A stretch of 30,772 bases of DNA from Enterobacter phage LAU1: the sequence record MN688132.1, one strand, 5' to 3'. A program made the position numbers and the translations under genes. The first letter of the stretch is position 1, and each line of letters starts with the position of its first letter. The notes beneath the pieces are model-generated. The model was not told the DNA's origin. It did not search any database and saw nothing but the letters and a program-made list of their open reading frames with translations. Below are positions 1 through 10,921 of this stretch, piece after piece.

Positions 1-3308
<3,308 letters not shown>

Positions 3309-3316
3309 ATGTTATT

Positions 3317-3357
3317 AATCAGCCAGTTAACTTTGTTTTTCTGGCTGATTTTATTGT
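3317..3357 (+). terminator. Rho-independent terminator of yeaH
   Basis: AATCAGCCAG ... CTGGCTGATT is a 10-bp stem with a long loop, followed by TTTATTGTATTTTC. Confidence 0.55.
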
Positions 3358-3512
3358 ATTTTCATCCTCATTTTTCTCCATGTTTTTCATTCACTTAAAT
3401 TTTATTTTGGGGAATGCGATTTTGTAGAAGTGATTATGCAAAACTTCCTTTGGGCTTTAGGATGCCATCATGGGATGGAGGTTAAAATTCTCTCGTTCCG
3501 ACCAAACCACAC

Positions 3513-3541
3513 AAAAAAACCAGCCGCTTATGGCTGGTTAT
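3513..3541 (-). terminator. Rho-independent terminator closing the last prophage operon
   Basis: The minus strand reads CCAGCC-ATAAGC-GGCTGG followed by TTTTTTTG. It lies 28 bp downstream of the stop of the 3569..3889 gene. Confidence 0.65.
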
Positions 3542-3568
3542 TCGTCAGTGAAGCATGGGGAACTTTAT

Positions 3569-3889
3569 CTATATTGCAGGGCAATCATCATCTAATGCAC
3601 GATTGATGAAGAACGTCACTCTGCCCAACACTTCCACCTCATCCAGAGCGGCTCCTTCTATTGCCTCGCCATCATCCGTGATCAATGACTTACCCATCAG
3701 TTTTGCAAACTGCGTGTGGCCGTCGCACAAAATTAACAATACATCTCCTGGCCTTTTTTTCGTGGCTGGCTCAATGACTGCAAACCCAACATCTGTTTCA
3801 AGCACCCTGCTTTCGGCCCCTATGTTGCACAGAACGGATGGAGAAAGTTGGCGTTCGACGTAATCGGTAGCAGGTGATGCAAATCCCAT
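3569..3889 (-). CDS. UmuD'-like (P1 HumD-like) protein. It begins at the Gly that follows the UmuD Cys-Gly autocleavage site and has no GDSM Ser nucleophile
   Basis: The 106-aa product MGFASPATDYVERQLSPSVL aligns to E. coli UmuD residues 25-44 (GFPSPAADYVEQRIDLNQLL), i.e. the N-terminus of processed UmuD'. GDVLLILCDGHTQFAKLMGK aligns to UmuD [20 protein letters not shown] (the Lys region). No S-M or G-D-S motif occurs anywhere in the protein. A strong SD (GGGAGG) sits 8 nt before the ATG. Its start overlaps the upstream gene's stop as TGATG. Confidence 0.6.
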   Translation of the reverse strand: MGFASPATDYVERQLSPSVLCNIGAESRVLETDVGFAVIEPATKKRPGDVLLILCDGHTQFAKLMGKSLITDDGEAIEGAALDEVEVLGRVTFFINRALDDDCPAI

Positions 3890-4128
3890 CAGAGGACCCT
3901 CCCCATGTTACGCAGGATCCAGTACCGGTTATCACTACCGTCTGTCGTCTTGTCAGCGAAGCCTGGCTGATTGCGCTCTATCCATGCATTGGCGTCGGCT
4001 CGGGTGAAGTGCCAGTTAAAACCACGCAACTTTTCTATAAAGCTGTCTGTTCTCAGGTAGCGGTAGCCCTTTGGGTTAAGCTCTATGGCCGCAATAAAGG
4101 CGGCCTGAATATCTGAAATTCGGGGCAT
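3889..4128 (-). CDS. Hypothetical 79-aa protein, first gene of the SOS-box-controlled moron
   Basis: MPRISDIQAAFIAAIELNPKGYRYL...RNMGRVL. The ATG at 4126-4128 is preceded by AAGGGAG at 8-nt spacing. The ORF-track start at 4173 is a TTG lying inside the LexA box/promoter and is rejected. No family recognised. Confidence 0.5.
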   Translation of the reverse strand: MPRISDIQAAFIAAIELNPKGYRYLRTDSFIEKLRGFNWHFTRADANAWIERNQPGFADKTTDGSDNRYWILRNMGRVL

Positions 4129-4146
4129 AATCTGCACTCCCTTTAT

Positions 4147-4166
4147 TACTGTGTTTATATACAGTA
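4147..4166 (-). promoter_or_regulatory. LexA (SOS) box with overlapping sigma70 promoter for the 4128..3569 operon
   Basis: TACTGT-GTTTATAT-ACAGTA is CTGT-N8-ACAG with fully palindromic 6-bp arms, and 6 of 8 central bases match the TACTG(TA)5CAGTA consensus. It sits 3 bp upstream of the SD. Candidate -35 TTGAAA (minus strand) lies 17 bp from an AGTAAT -10, which places the box in the spacer/-10 region. Confidence 0.65.
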
Positions 4167-4210
4167 GTTTCAAATGGAATGCAGATCAATTTGGGTTCGC
4201 CTATTAATTT

Positions 4211-5593
4211 TTAAGGCTGAATGTCCCCAGGCTGCTCTGTCAGTTCAAGAGAAGCTTCGGAAGCTCTTGTTTTCCAGATGCTATCCTCTGGCATATCGAG
4301 GCGAACGTCGATCCAGCTGTTGGCCGGAACATCCATAGGAGCCCCTTTTGTTTTGACGATCTCCCCTTCATCGCTCAGCATGTATTTCCGCTTAAAAAGC
4401 CGAATCGTCAGCCCACCGCTTTCTGTCTGCTCTGCTTCAACAACACCCAGCTCTCCCATTCCACCCGGGTCCATTGGCGGGAGCAATTGCCAACCTTCTG
4501 ATGCCAGGCCTGCCGAGCCGATAAGAACATAAACCCCAACATCCAGCCGCGAGATTTTGATCCCTTCAGCCTCGGCGTTCGCCGTACCGCAGCCGCACCA
4601 GGTGAAGCCTACTTCGTCAACATCGGTACGCTGGTTCTCTTCCTGAGATTTTACGATTCTGGCGATCGGAGATGCAGCCTTGAGCGTTCCGTCACTGGCT
4701 TTCGTGGTGTTCTGCGTCGAATAAATGGTGTGCGTCGTGGAGAACCCTACGTTAGCATTGCCCTGAATTGTACCGTTGCCCTGACGGTACTTCAGTCCCT
4801 GAGAGGTTGAGGCAAGCTGCCACGACACATAGCCACCAGCAGAAAAATCATGCCACCCACGTAGCGTCAACATACCCGTGTAGGTGTCTGCCCCGCTACC
4901 GCCACCCCAGCCACTTCCTCCAAGCTGTATGCCAAAAGACATACCGAGCGGGTACTGGGATATAGCGTCGTAAGGGCCGATATTGCGATAATCGCGATGG
5001 CATTGCGCCATGACAGCAGCTCCGTTTAGATACGCGGAACCTGGGGAAAACTGGCTATCAACGTCTCGTGTAGCGCTGTTTCCTAAACCGAGTTTTGTGC
5101 GAGCGTCAGCGGCATTCTTTGCCCCGGTCCCTCCCTGCTCAATGCTGAGAGCTGTTTTCAGCCCAGAAAGGCTGGTAATGTCGCTGTTATCCCCTTTCTT
5201 CGCCAGAGATTTTTGACCCGGCACGGTAACGACAGTGCCGTTGATAGTGATGGTGACATCAGATGTCCCGTTCATTACATCAGCGAACCCGCTCATGTAG
5301 CGCTGGTACATCGTGAAGGTTTCAGCGATATCCTGCGCCAGACCATCCACGCTCAGACTGTCACTCAGAAGAATGGCAAATCGGGTTCCGGCGGGAACAG
5401 TTGGGTTAGCTGCTGGCGTTACGGTGAGACTTGTTGCGCTGCCGATGGTGGTAATCTGAAATACCTGCACAGGGCTGGTCATTGCAATAACGGTACATCC
5501 GTTACGAATAAGAGATCCAGCAGCAGTGAAGTTTGTGCCGGTACCTGTAAGGGTATTTCCGCTGATGGCGATAGTGCCAGTAGTATAAATCAT
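4211..5593 (-). CDS. Phage side tail fibre protein
   Basis: The ATG at 5591-5593 is preceded by GGAGAAAAC. The N-terminus MIYTTGTIAISGNTLTGTGTNF is the typical conserved tail-fibre N-terminus. The sequence is Gly/Ser/Thr-rich with beta-rich repeats and a variable C-terminal domain. Confidence 0.85.
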   Translation of the reverse strand: MIYTTGTIAISGNTLTGTGTNFTAAGSLIRNGCTVIAMTSPVQVFQITTIGSATSLTVTPAANPTVPAGTRFAILLSDSLSVDGLAQDIAETFTMYQRYMSGFADVMNGTSDVTITINGTVVTVPGQKSLAKKGDNSDITSLSGLKTALSIEQGGTGAKNAADARTKLGLGNSATRDVDSQFSPGSAYLNGAAVMAQCHRDYRNIGPYDAISQYPLGMSFGIQLGGSGWGGGSGADTYTGMLTLRGWHDFSAGGYVSWQLASTSQGLKYRQGNGTIQGNANVGFSTTHTIYSTQNTTKASDGTLKAASPIARIVKSQEENQRTDVDEVGFTWCGCGTANAEAEGIKISRLDVGVYVLIGSAGLASEGWQLLPPMDPGGMGELGVVEAEQTESGGLTIRLFKRKYMLSDEGEIVKTKGAPMDVPANSWIDVRLDMPEDSIWKTRASEASLELTEQPGDIQP

Positions 5594-5608
5594 GTTTTCT
5601 CCAGGCAA

Positions 5609-5637
5609 TAAAAAACCCCGCCGGAGCGGGGTTTGTT
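5609..5637 (-). terminator. Rho-independent terminator after the lipoprotein gene, immediately abutting the tail-fibre SD
   Basis: The minus strand reads CCCCGC-TCCG-GCGGGG followed by TTTTTTATTGCC, then TGGAGAAAAC ATG. Confidence 0.65.
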
Positions 5638-5651
5638 CAAAACTGAATGGG

Positions 5652-5885
5652 TTAGTGGCAGGTGGTGCTGGTGAACGTGTTGGCGCTCACCCATGACCAG
5701 TTAAAGGGATAACCGGCGCGGTACTGCGTCTGATTGTTTTGTTTACGGACTCCGTAGATCTGGACGCTGCTTTCCTGTCCGCCGATCAGGGCTGTTCCGG
5801 TGCATACGGGTTGCTGCTTCTCAATAACGCCAGCGCAACCGGAGAGCAATACCGCTACCGCCAGGCAAAGAATCATATTTTTCAT
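5652..5885 (-). CDS. Small phage lipoprotein, Cor-like (putative superinfection-exclusion lipoprotein)
   Basis: MKNMILCLAVAVLLSGC has a signal peptide and an LLSGC lipobox; the mature protein is about 60 aa. It sits between J-associated genes and the tail fibre, as cor does in phi80/N15-type phages. The start at 5885 is chosen for its SD (GGGA); the longer ORF-track start has none. Confidence 0.55.
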   Translation of the reverse strand: MKNMILCLAVAVLLSGCAGVIEKQQPVCTGTALIGGQESSVQIYGVRKQNNQTQYRAGYPFNWSWVSANTFTSTTCH

Positions 5886-5955
5886 AGTGGTTATATCCCA
5901 GGGCATTCATGAAGCTACACAATAACAATATGAATCAACGGGATATAATTGATTT

Positions 5956-5997
5956 GATAGATCAATTATTCAAAATTGATCGCTAAAAACGATCAAT
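5956..5997 (-). promoter_or_regulatory. Inverted-repeat operator / promoter region with three GATC (Dam) sites upstream of the lipoprotein gene
   Basis: TTGATAGATCAA is a near-palindrome. ATTGATCG-CTAAAAA-CGATCAAT is a perfect 8-bp inverted repeat. GATC occurs at 5960, 5978 and 5991. A candidate -35 TTGAAT (minus strand) overlaps these sites. Confidence 0.35.
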
Positions 5998-6664
5998 CAT
6001 AATTGGCGCAGTTAATGGCCATAATCACGTTCCTCAGATTCGAATACGTAACGTTCTGAAGGTTGCCACCGGGGGTTGTCTGCGGCCTGGCGAATATCCG
6101 CGTATTGCTTCCCTCAAGTTTTGCCAAGCTCTTGTATATAGCCGAGTATGGCTGCGGTTGACCGCCAGCCGATACAACCCCGGTAATTAGCCCCAGCATG
6201 GCAGGCATGCAGGCCCACTTCCCCGCCAGAGTTGTATTGATGTTGTATCCTGAGCTGGCATCCACCCCGGCGGTACCGAGGGTGACAACATCACTCAGCG
6301 TGCGCGTTTCGTTTGTTAAAATCAGCGTCCCTGATGCATCCCACACAGCCAGCCCGTAGTCTGGCTTTGTCTGCGGGAAAATAGAGAAAAAATAAACGTA
6401 CGCTGTGCCGGTTGCATTCGGTCTGAGAAAATCAATCGTGATGGTGTTCCCGCTTATCGTCTGAGTGATTTCGACCTCTACCGTGCAATGAACGAAGGCG
6501 ACAACAGGCTGACCTGCGGGGAATGTGTGCGTCACTCTGGTATTAAACCCCGATGTTCCCTGAAGTGCCGCTGTCTTTCGTTCCTGTAGAGCGATTGGCG
6601 AGCTGTTCGCGGTCACCCATACTTCCCCGCTGGTCGTCGTCAGTAAAACGCCATACTCCGCCAT
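5993..6664 (-). CDS. Hypothetical phage tail-region protein (MAEYG family, 223 aa)
   Basis: Protein-like ORF that is tightly packed after its paralog (TAAATG). The N-terminus MAEYGVLL and an internal YGLAVWDASGTL repeat the N-terminus of the preceding gene. Confidence 0.6.
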   Translation of the reverse strand: MAEYGVLLTTTSGEVWVTANSSPIALQERKTAALQGTSGFNTRVTHTFPAGQPVVAFVHCTVEVEITQTISGNTITIDFLRPNATGTAYVYFFSIFPQTKPDYGLAVWDASGTLILTNETRTLSDVVTLGTAGVDASSGYNINTTLAGKWACMPAMLGLITGVVSAGGQPQPYSAIYKSLAKLEGSNTRIFARPQTTPGGNLQNVTYSNLRNVIMAINCANYD

Positions 6665-6979
6665 TTATGCCCTCTCGATCTGGAAAATGAGATAAGCCGC
6701 TGCCGCAGGCTCAGTCCCTGCTGAGTAGTCGGTATCGCCTGCTGCTGACACTGTTGCGGTTCCCCCTGAAATGGTGATCTTCCTCCGACTCGTACCAAAC
6801 TGATCGCCGTTCATGCTCTGAAAATAGGTCAGCCTGCAACCCGGTGGAAGCGCTACGGTGTAAGAGCCTGTTTTCTGGTTCTGGGCCAGCTGGAGATAGC
6901 CACAAACGCTGACAGGCTTAACGCCATAGTTATTTACATTGCCTGAGGCGTCCCATGTCTGAACCCCATATTCCGCCAT
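6665..6979 (-). CDS. Hypothetical phage tail-region protein (MAEYG family, 104 aa)
   Basis: The start at 6979 (MAEYGVQTWDASG) is preceded by AGGAGG. The ORF-track 5' extension runs through the J terminator hairpin and is rejected. Confidence 0.6.
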   Translation of the reverse strand: MAEYGVQTWDASGNVNNYGVKPVSVCGYLQLAQNQKTGSYTVALPPGCRLTYFQSMNGDQFGTSRRKITISGGTATVSAAGDTDYSAGTEPAAAAYLIFQIERA

Positions 6980-6991
6980 CCAGTCCTCCTG

Positions 6992-7020
6992 AAAAAAAAA
7001 GAGGCCCCGTAAGAGGCCTC
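6992..7020 (-). terminator. Rho-independent terminator immediately after gene J
   Basis: The minus strand reads GAGGCC-TCTTACG-GGCCTC followed by T9, then CAGGAGGACTGG ATG of the next gene. Confidence 0.7.
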
Positions 7021-7023
7021 CCG

Positions 7024-10000
7024 TTACCATGTTCCCGTGATTCTCCCGATCTGCACCCTCAACACATTGTTGGCATCCTTGACACTGATCGTTTGATTAG
7101 TCTGCTTCATGGCTCCCTCACCAGCTGTCGAACCGTAGTTCTCAAACGTACCTCCCTTATCCAGCCTCCATCCGACTGAGCCAGCGACATAGTTATTGGA
7201 CTGGATGTAGTTGCCGATCTTGGCGTTGCTGATGGTGCCCTCACCTATCAGCGCGTCTCTGATGAACACCTGCCCGTTCTGAATAACGAACGGAAGCGTA
7301 ACGGTCGCTCCGGCCTGGTGAGTAACGGCGAAGCGGTCAGCCAGGAAGATAACCTGCGACTGCATGCCGGACGGCGTATTCTCCACGCCGATCCCCATCC
7401 CTGCCGCGTAAAGCTGACCATTGCTGGATAACCCGACCTTGATGCTGTACATCGCCTTCAGGTCGCCGTTGACGTTCGCAATGGCCTGCGCGTTGGTGGT
7501 GATCGCTGAAGTGTGCCCGTTGATGGTCGCCGTGATGCCGTTTATCTGCGTCGCGGTGGCCTGCTGGTAATCGGAGAACGTCTGATTCAGGCTGTTGATG
7601 GATGCCTTGTTGCCGTTCACGTCAGTCTGCAAACTTAGCAGCGAACGTGCTGTTGCCTCCCTGTCGCTTGCCATGACGTTATCAATACGATCGATGCCGG
7701 CCTTGCTGTCACCGTACTGCGCACTGAGTCTCACCCGCTGATCAACCTGCGCCAGCGTACTCGTTATTAGCGCGATAGCGTTATTCTGGATGCCGCCGCT
7801 GGCAGTATCGGTTCTTGCTCCCAGCTCCTCCAGGCGGGATGCCATTGATGAAGTCGTGTCTGTGACAACCTGTCGCAACGTGGTGATATCAGCAGTGTTT
7901 TGTGAGCTGGCTTGTTCAGCCGCATCTGCCTTACCTGATGCAGCATCAGCTTTACTCGAAGCCGAATCAGCTTTATCAGAAATGACCTGAGTGCTCGCAG
8001 TGAGCTGATCAACAGCAGTAGCCCTTGCCTGAGCTTCATCTGACAGAGCCTGCCTTACCTCGGTAACTCCCGCCTCGTTCTGCGCAGTTTTTGCCTCAAG
8101 ACGGGTAACATCCGTTACGCGCGCCTCCGTTTCAGTAGCGATCACCTCCCGGAGCTGTTCGAATGTCGCAGAGTTAGCGCCCTGTTGGGCTGTCTGGCGC
8201 ACGACAACATCGGCAATAGCCAGCGCGTTTCCGATGATTGCTTCAGCGGTCTGCTTGTTCGAGCCAACCGCAGCAGCAAGGCCGTCTGCGTTCTCTTTGA
8301 TTGCATCAGCCAGTTCTGCCAGTTTTCCGCTGCTGTCCACCGCGTTCTCGATCAAGTCTTTGAACGTATCGGAGCCTTTCATGTCCTCCAGGATTGCATC
8401 GGTGATATCGGATACATCAATGCTGGCCTGCCCGCGCACCCATTCTGTGTAACCTGATTCGTTGCCGCTGCGGTCCACCAGCTGCGCGCGATACCAGAAA
8501 ATCTGCCCCGCTTTAAGGCCCATCTGCTGATACTTGCGCTGCGGATAGGGTACGTCTGCCAGCAGCATCGCATCGTCTTCCGTCCCGGTCAGACTGTACT
8601 GAATTTCCGTCTTCAGCGTGTCGTCGGTGTTCGCCGGGAATCCCCAGCTCAGCTCGATACCGAATACCACATTATCGGAAGCGATGAAGCCGACCGGTTT
8701 CGGCGGATTGCCCACTTTACCCGTAAGATTCGCTTCTGATGATGTCGCCCAGACTGATGAAACGTCGCTGGCGTTCACCGCCCTGACGCGGACCAGATAG
8801 CGACCCGAGTAGATACCCTGTACTTCAAAGCCGAGAGAAGACGTTCGGGGAACGCTTACCCAGTTGCCGCTGTCACGCCGCCATTCCGCCTCGTACGCAA
8901 CTGCACCCTGAACAGAATCCCAGGCAACGCGCATGGTGGTAATCGCAATGTTCTGGTTAACCGTAGAGTAACTGTCTACGACAATATTTCCTGGGGGAGC
9001 CTGAACCCCCGGTGGAATGACACTGACTGGCCGCTCGTCCAGTCTTGCGCCGGTATCAACAGCGGAATAGATATCAGGGTTGTAAGTCGTCCCGGTGACC
9101 TCGAAAGTTCCGTCGTTGTTGTCCCGCGTTCCCGTAACACGGAAAAGCGCTATAAACAGATCGTCAGAGTCCACGCCCCAGTTACATTCAGCCTCCGGCG
9201 TTTCGCTGTAGGGTGTGGTGACAGTGACTGTGTTTCCGTTAACGGCCTGGACGGTTCTGGCCTGAGCCGTGCCTGATGGAAGATTCAAAAACAGCCTGTT
9301 ACCGGCTTTCACATCAGCAGCGCGATCGAGGGTTATGTTGCGGCCGTTAACCGCGCTCACCCTGCCGCCGATAGTTCTTCCGGCCAGCTCGTTAGCAGCC
9401 ACACCGATCACCTCCCCGACAGGGGGAACGTCCATGCCCGTGCTGAAGGTCACCACCTCGCCGATACCGTTAGTAAGCAGCGCCCAGCGCCCCCGACGGT
9501 TTGCCTCTGACTGCCTGGTGCAGCCGATCGCAGTCATTTCGAGCTGACGATAATCGAAGCGCATGGCCAGATCGTTATCGTAAACAGGCTCAGGCGTGTC
9601 TTTGTAGTGGTTAGCTGGGTCAGACCAGTTCACCAGCGCGGCAGTGTTTCGGGTGGTTTCACTCGGGTCCGAAAAGGTAAATTTACCCTCAACTACGCTG
9701 GCGTGGTTATAGATATGCCACACATCGCGGGGCATATCAGCCAGGACATACATCTTATTGTCACCCCAGTACGTCATGCCGCGAAATATACCCGCCAGAT
9801 CACGAAGTACAGTCCAGGCGTCATTACGGTCCTGGATATAAACGTTGCAACGAAAACGAGGCTCCGTCCCACTTCCGCCCTTGCCATCTGGTACCAGTTG
9901 ATCGCAATACTGGGCGATGCGATAAAGCTCCCATTTGTCTATCTGAGTCGCATCAATTCTTTGACCCAGCCCGAAGCGCTCGTTCAGAATGATGTCGTAA

Positions 10001-10869
10001 TAAATCCAGGCAGGATTATCCGTCCATGCCCATTTAAATACGCCCTCCCATGTACCAGAATAAGTGCGGGTTTCGGGATCATAAGTATCAGGTACACGGA
10101 TGATTCGCCCTTTCGGATTACACACAACCTGAGGAATGCCATTAGGGAACTGCTTTGCGTCAAACTCTACATACAGCAGCGCTGTGTTAACGTAGCGAAG
10201 TTTGGCGTCAATAATTTCAGTAACGGCCACAACGCGCATGGTGTCGACGATATTCACGCTCGTGGAATCCGGCGTGATTCTGCGAACCCGCAACTGCCAT
10301 CCAGTCGAGGCTTTCGGAAGATTGACGCGGTGACTGCGCTCATAAAGCGACGTGGTTTTGTCATCAACAGCACCGTTAACCACCGTTTCATACGGCCCGC
10401 CATCGACCGACAGATCGATAGCATACTCTACGCGGGTGCCGACTTTATCGCCGTTGTTTTTCTGGAGTAAAAGAGTTGGCCATCCCAGGCGAATTCGCAG
10501 CGCAGAGAGCTGCGTGTTGGATACCGCGCGCACGTACGGCACAGCCTGTTTCAGCTCGTATGAAACCTGAAGTTCGTTTTCAATGCCGGGGAAGCCCTGA
10601 ATGTAGTCCTGGTCCTGAGTACCGGAACGGAACTCATATTTCACATTATTGAAGTTATAACTTCCGTCGGCGTTCTGAAGAGGCGTGTAGGAAGATGAGT
10701 CACCAAGAAAAATGTTTTTACCATCAAGCCCGCCAGCGAACTCACCCTCTCCAAGCGCAATCAGCACCTTTGCCCTTGCAATGGACTGAATGCTGTCCGG
10801 TGCTTCAACGGGTGTTCGGGTCTGATTGCTGCCACCTTTACCGCGGCCTTTGATGATTGTCGTCGTCAT
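7024..10869 (-). CDS. J: Host specificity / tail tip central fibre protein J
   Basis: The 1281-aa product is collinear with lambda J, including the conserved core ...NPKGRIIRVPDTYDPETRTYSGTWEGVFK..., the YCDQLVPDG..GTEPRFRCN motif and FN3-like repeats. The C-terminal coiled-coil and receptor-binding region is divergent. Confidence 0.95.
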   Translation of the reverse strand: MTTTIIKGRGKGGSNQTRTPVEAPDSIQSIARAKVLIALGEGEFAGGLDGKNIFLGDSSSYTPLQNADGSYNFNNVKYEFRSGTQDQDYIQGFPGIENELQVSYELKQAVPYVRAVSNTQLSALRIRLGWPTLLLQKNNGDKVGTRVEYAIDLSVDGGPYETVVNGAVDDKTTSLYERSHRVNLPKASTGWQLRVRRITPDSTSVNIVDTMRVVAVTEIIDAKLRYVNTALLYVEFDAKQFPNGIPQVVCNPKGRIIRVPDTYDPETRTYSGTWEGVFKWAWTDNPAWIYYDIILNERFGLGQRIDATQIDKWELYRIAQYCDQLVPDGKGGSGTEPRFRCNVYIQDRNDAWTVLRDLAGIFRGMTYWGDNKMYVLADMPRDVWHIYNHASVVEGKFTFSDPSETTRNTAALVNWSDPANHYKDTPEPVYDNDLAMRFDYRQLEMTAIGCTRQSEANRRGRWALLTNGIGEVVTFSTGMDVPPVGEVIGVAANELAGRTIGGRVSAVNGRNITLDRAADVKAGNRLFLNLPSGTAQARTVQAVNGNTVTVTTPYSETPEAECNWGVDSDDLFIALFRVTGTRDNNDGTFEVTGTTYNPDIYSAVDTGARLDERPVSVIPPGVQAPPGNIVVDSYSTVNQNIAITTMRVAWDSVQGAVAYEAEWRRDSGNWVSVPRTSSLGFEVQGIYSGRYLVRVRAVNASDVSSVWATSSEANLTGKVGNPPKPVGFIASDNVVFGIELSWGFPANTDDTLKTEIQYSLTGTEDDAMLLADVPYPQRKYQQMGLKAGQIFWYRAQLVDRSGNESGYTEWVRGQASIDVSDITDAILEDMKGSDTFKDLIENAVDSSGKLAELADAIKENADGLAAAVGSNKQTAEAIIGNALAIADVVVRQTAQQGANSATFEQLREVIATETEARVTDVTRLEAKTAQNEAGVTEVRQALSDEAQARATAVDQLTASTQVISDKADSASSKADAASGKADAAEQASSQNTADITTLRQVVTDTTSSMASRLEELGARTDTASGGIQNNAIALITSTLAQVDQRVRLSAQYGDSKAGIDRIDNVMASDREATARSLLSLQTDVNGNKASINSLNQTFSDYQQATATQINGITATINGHTSAITTNAQAIANVNGDLKAMYSIKVGLSSNGQLYAAGMGIGVENTPSGMQSQVIFLADRFAVTHQAGATVTLPFVIQNGQVFIRDALIGEGTISNAKIGNYIQSNNYVAGSVGWRLDKGGTFENYGSTAGEGAMKQTNQTISVKDANNVLRVQIGRITGTW

Positions 10870-10880
10870 ATCGCGTCCAT

Positions 10881-10903
10881 AAAAAAGCCACCGTCAGGTG
10901 GCT
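10881..10903 (-). terminator. Hairpin + T6 between I and J (partial terminator / attenuator)
   Basis: The minus strand reads GCCACC-TGAC-GGTGGC followed by TTTTTTAT GGACGCGAT ATG (J start). Confidence 0.5.
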
Positions 10904-10921
10904 TGCAGTACGTGGTTTGGT

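Noticed and set aside
3555-3863. 102-aa plus-strand ORF (Ser-rich, low complexity)
   Set aside because: It is antisense to the much better-supported UmuD'-like gene. It has no SD and its composition is not protein-like.
4129-4173. ORF-track 5' extension of the 79-aa gene (MKLLYINTVIKGVQI...)
   Set aside because: It begins at a TTG inside the LexA box/promoter with no SD. The ATG at 4128 has a strong, well-spaced SD.
9607-10470. 287-aa plus-strand ORF
   Set aside because: It lies entirely antisense within J; long antisense ORFs are expected in GC-rich coding DNA. No SD.
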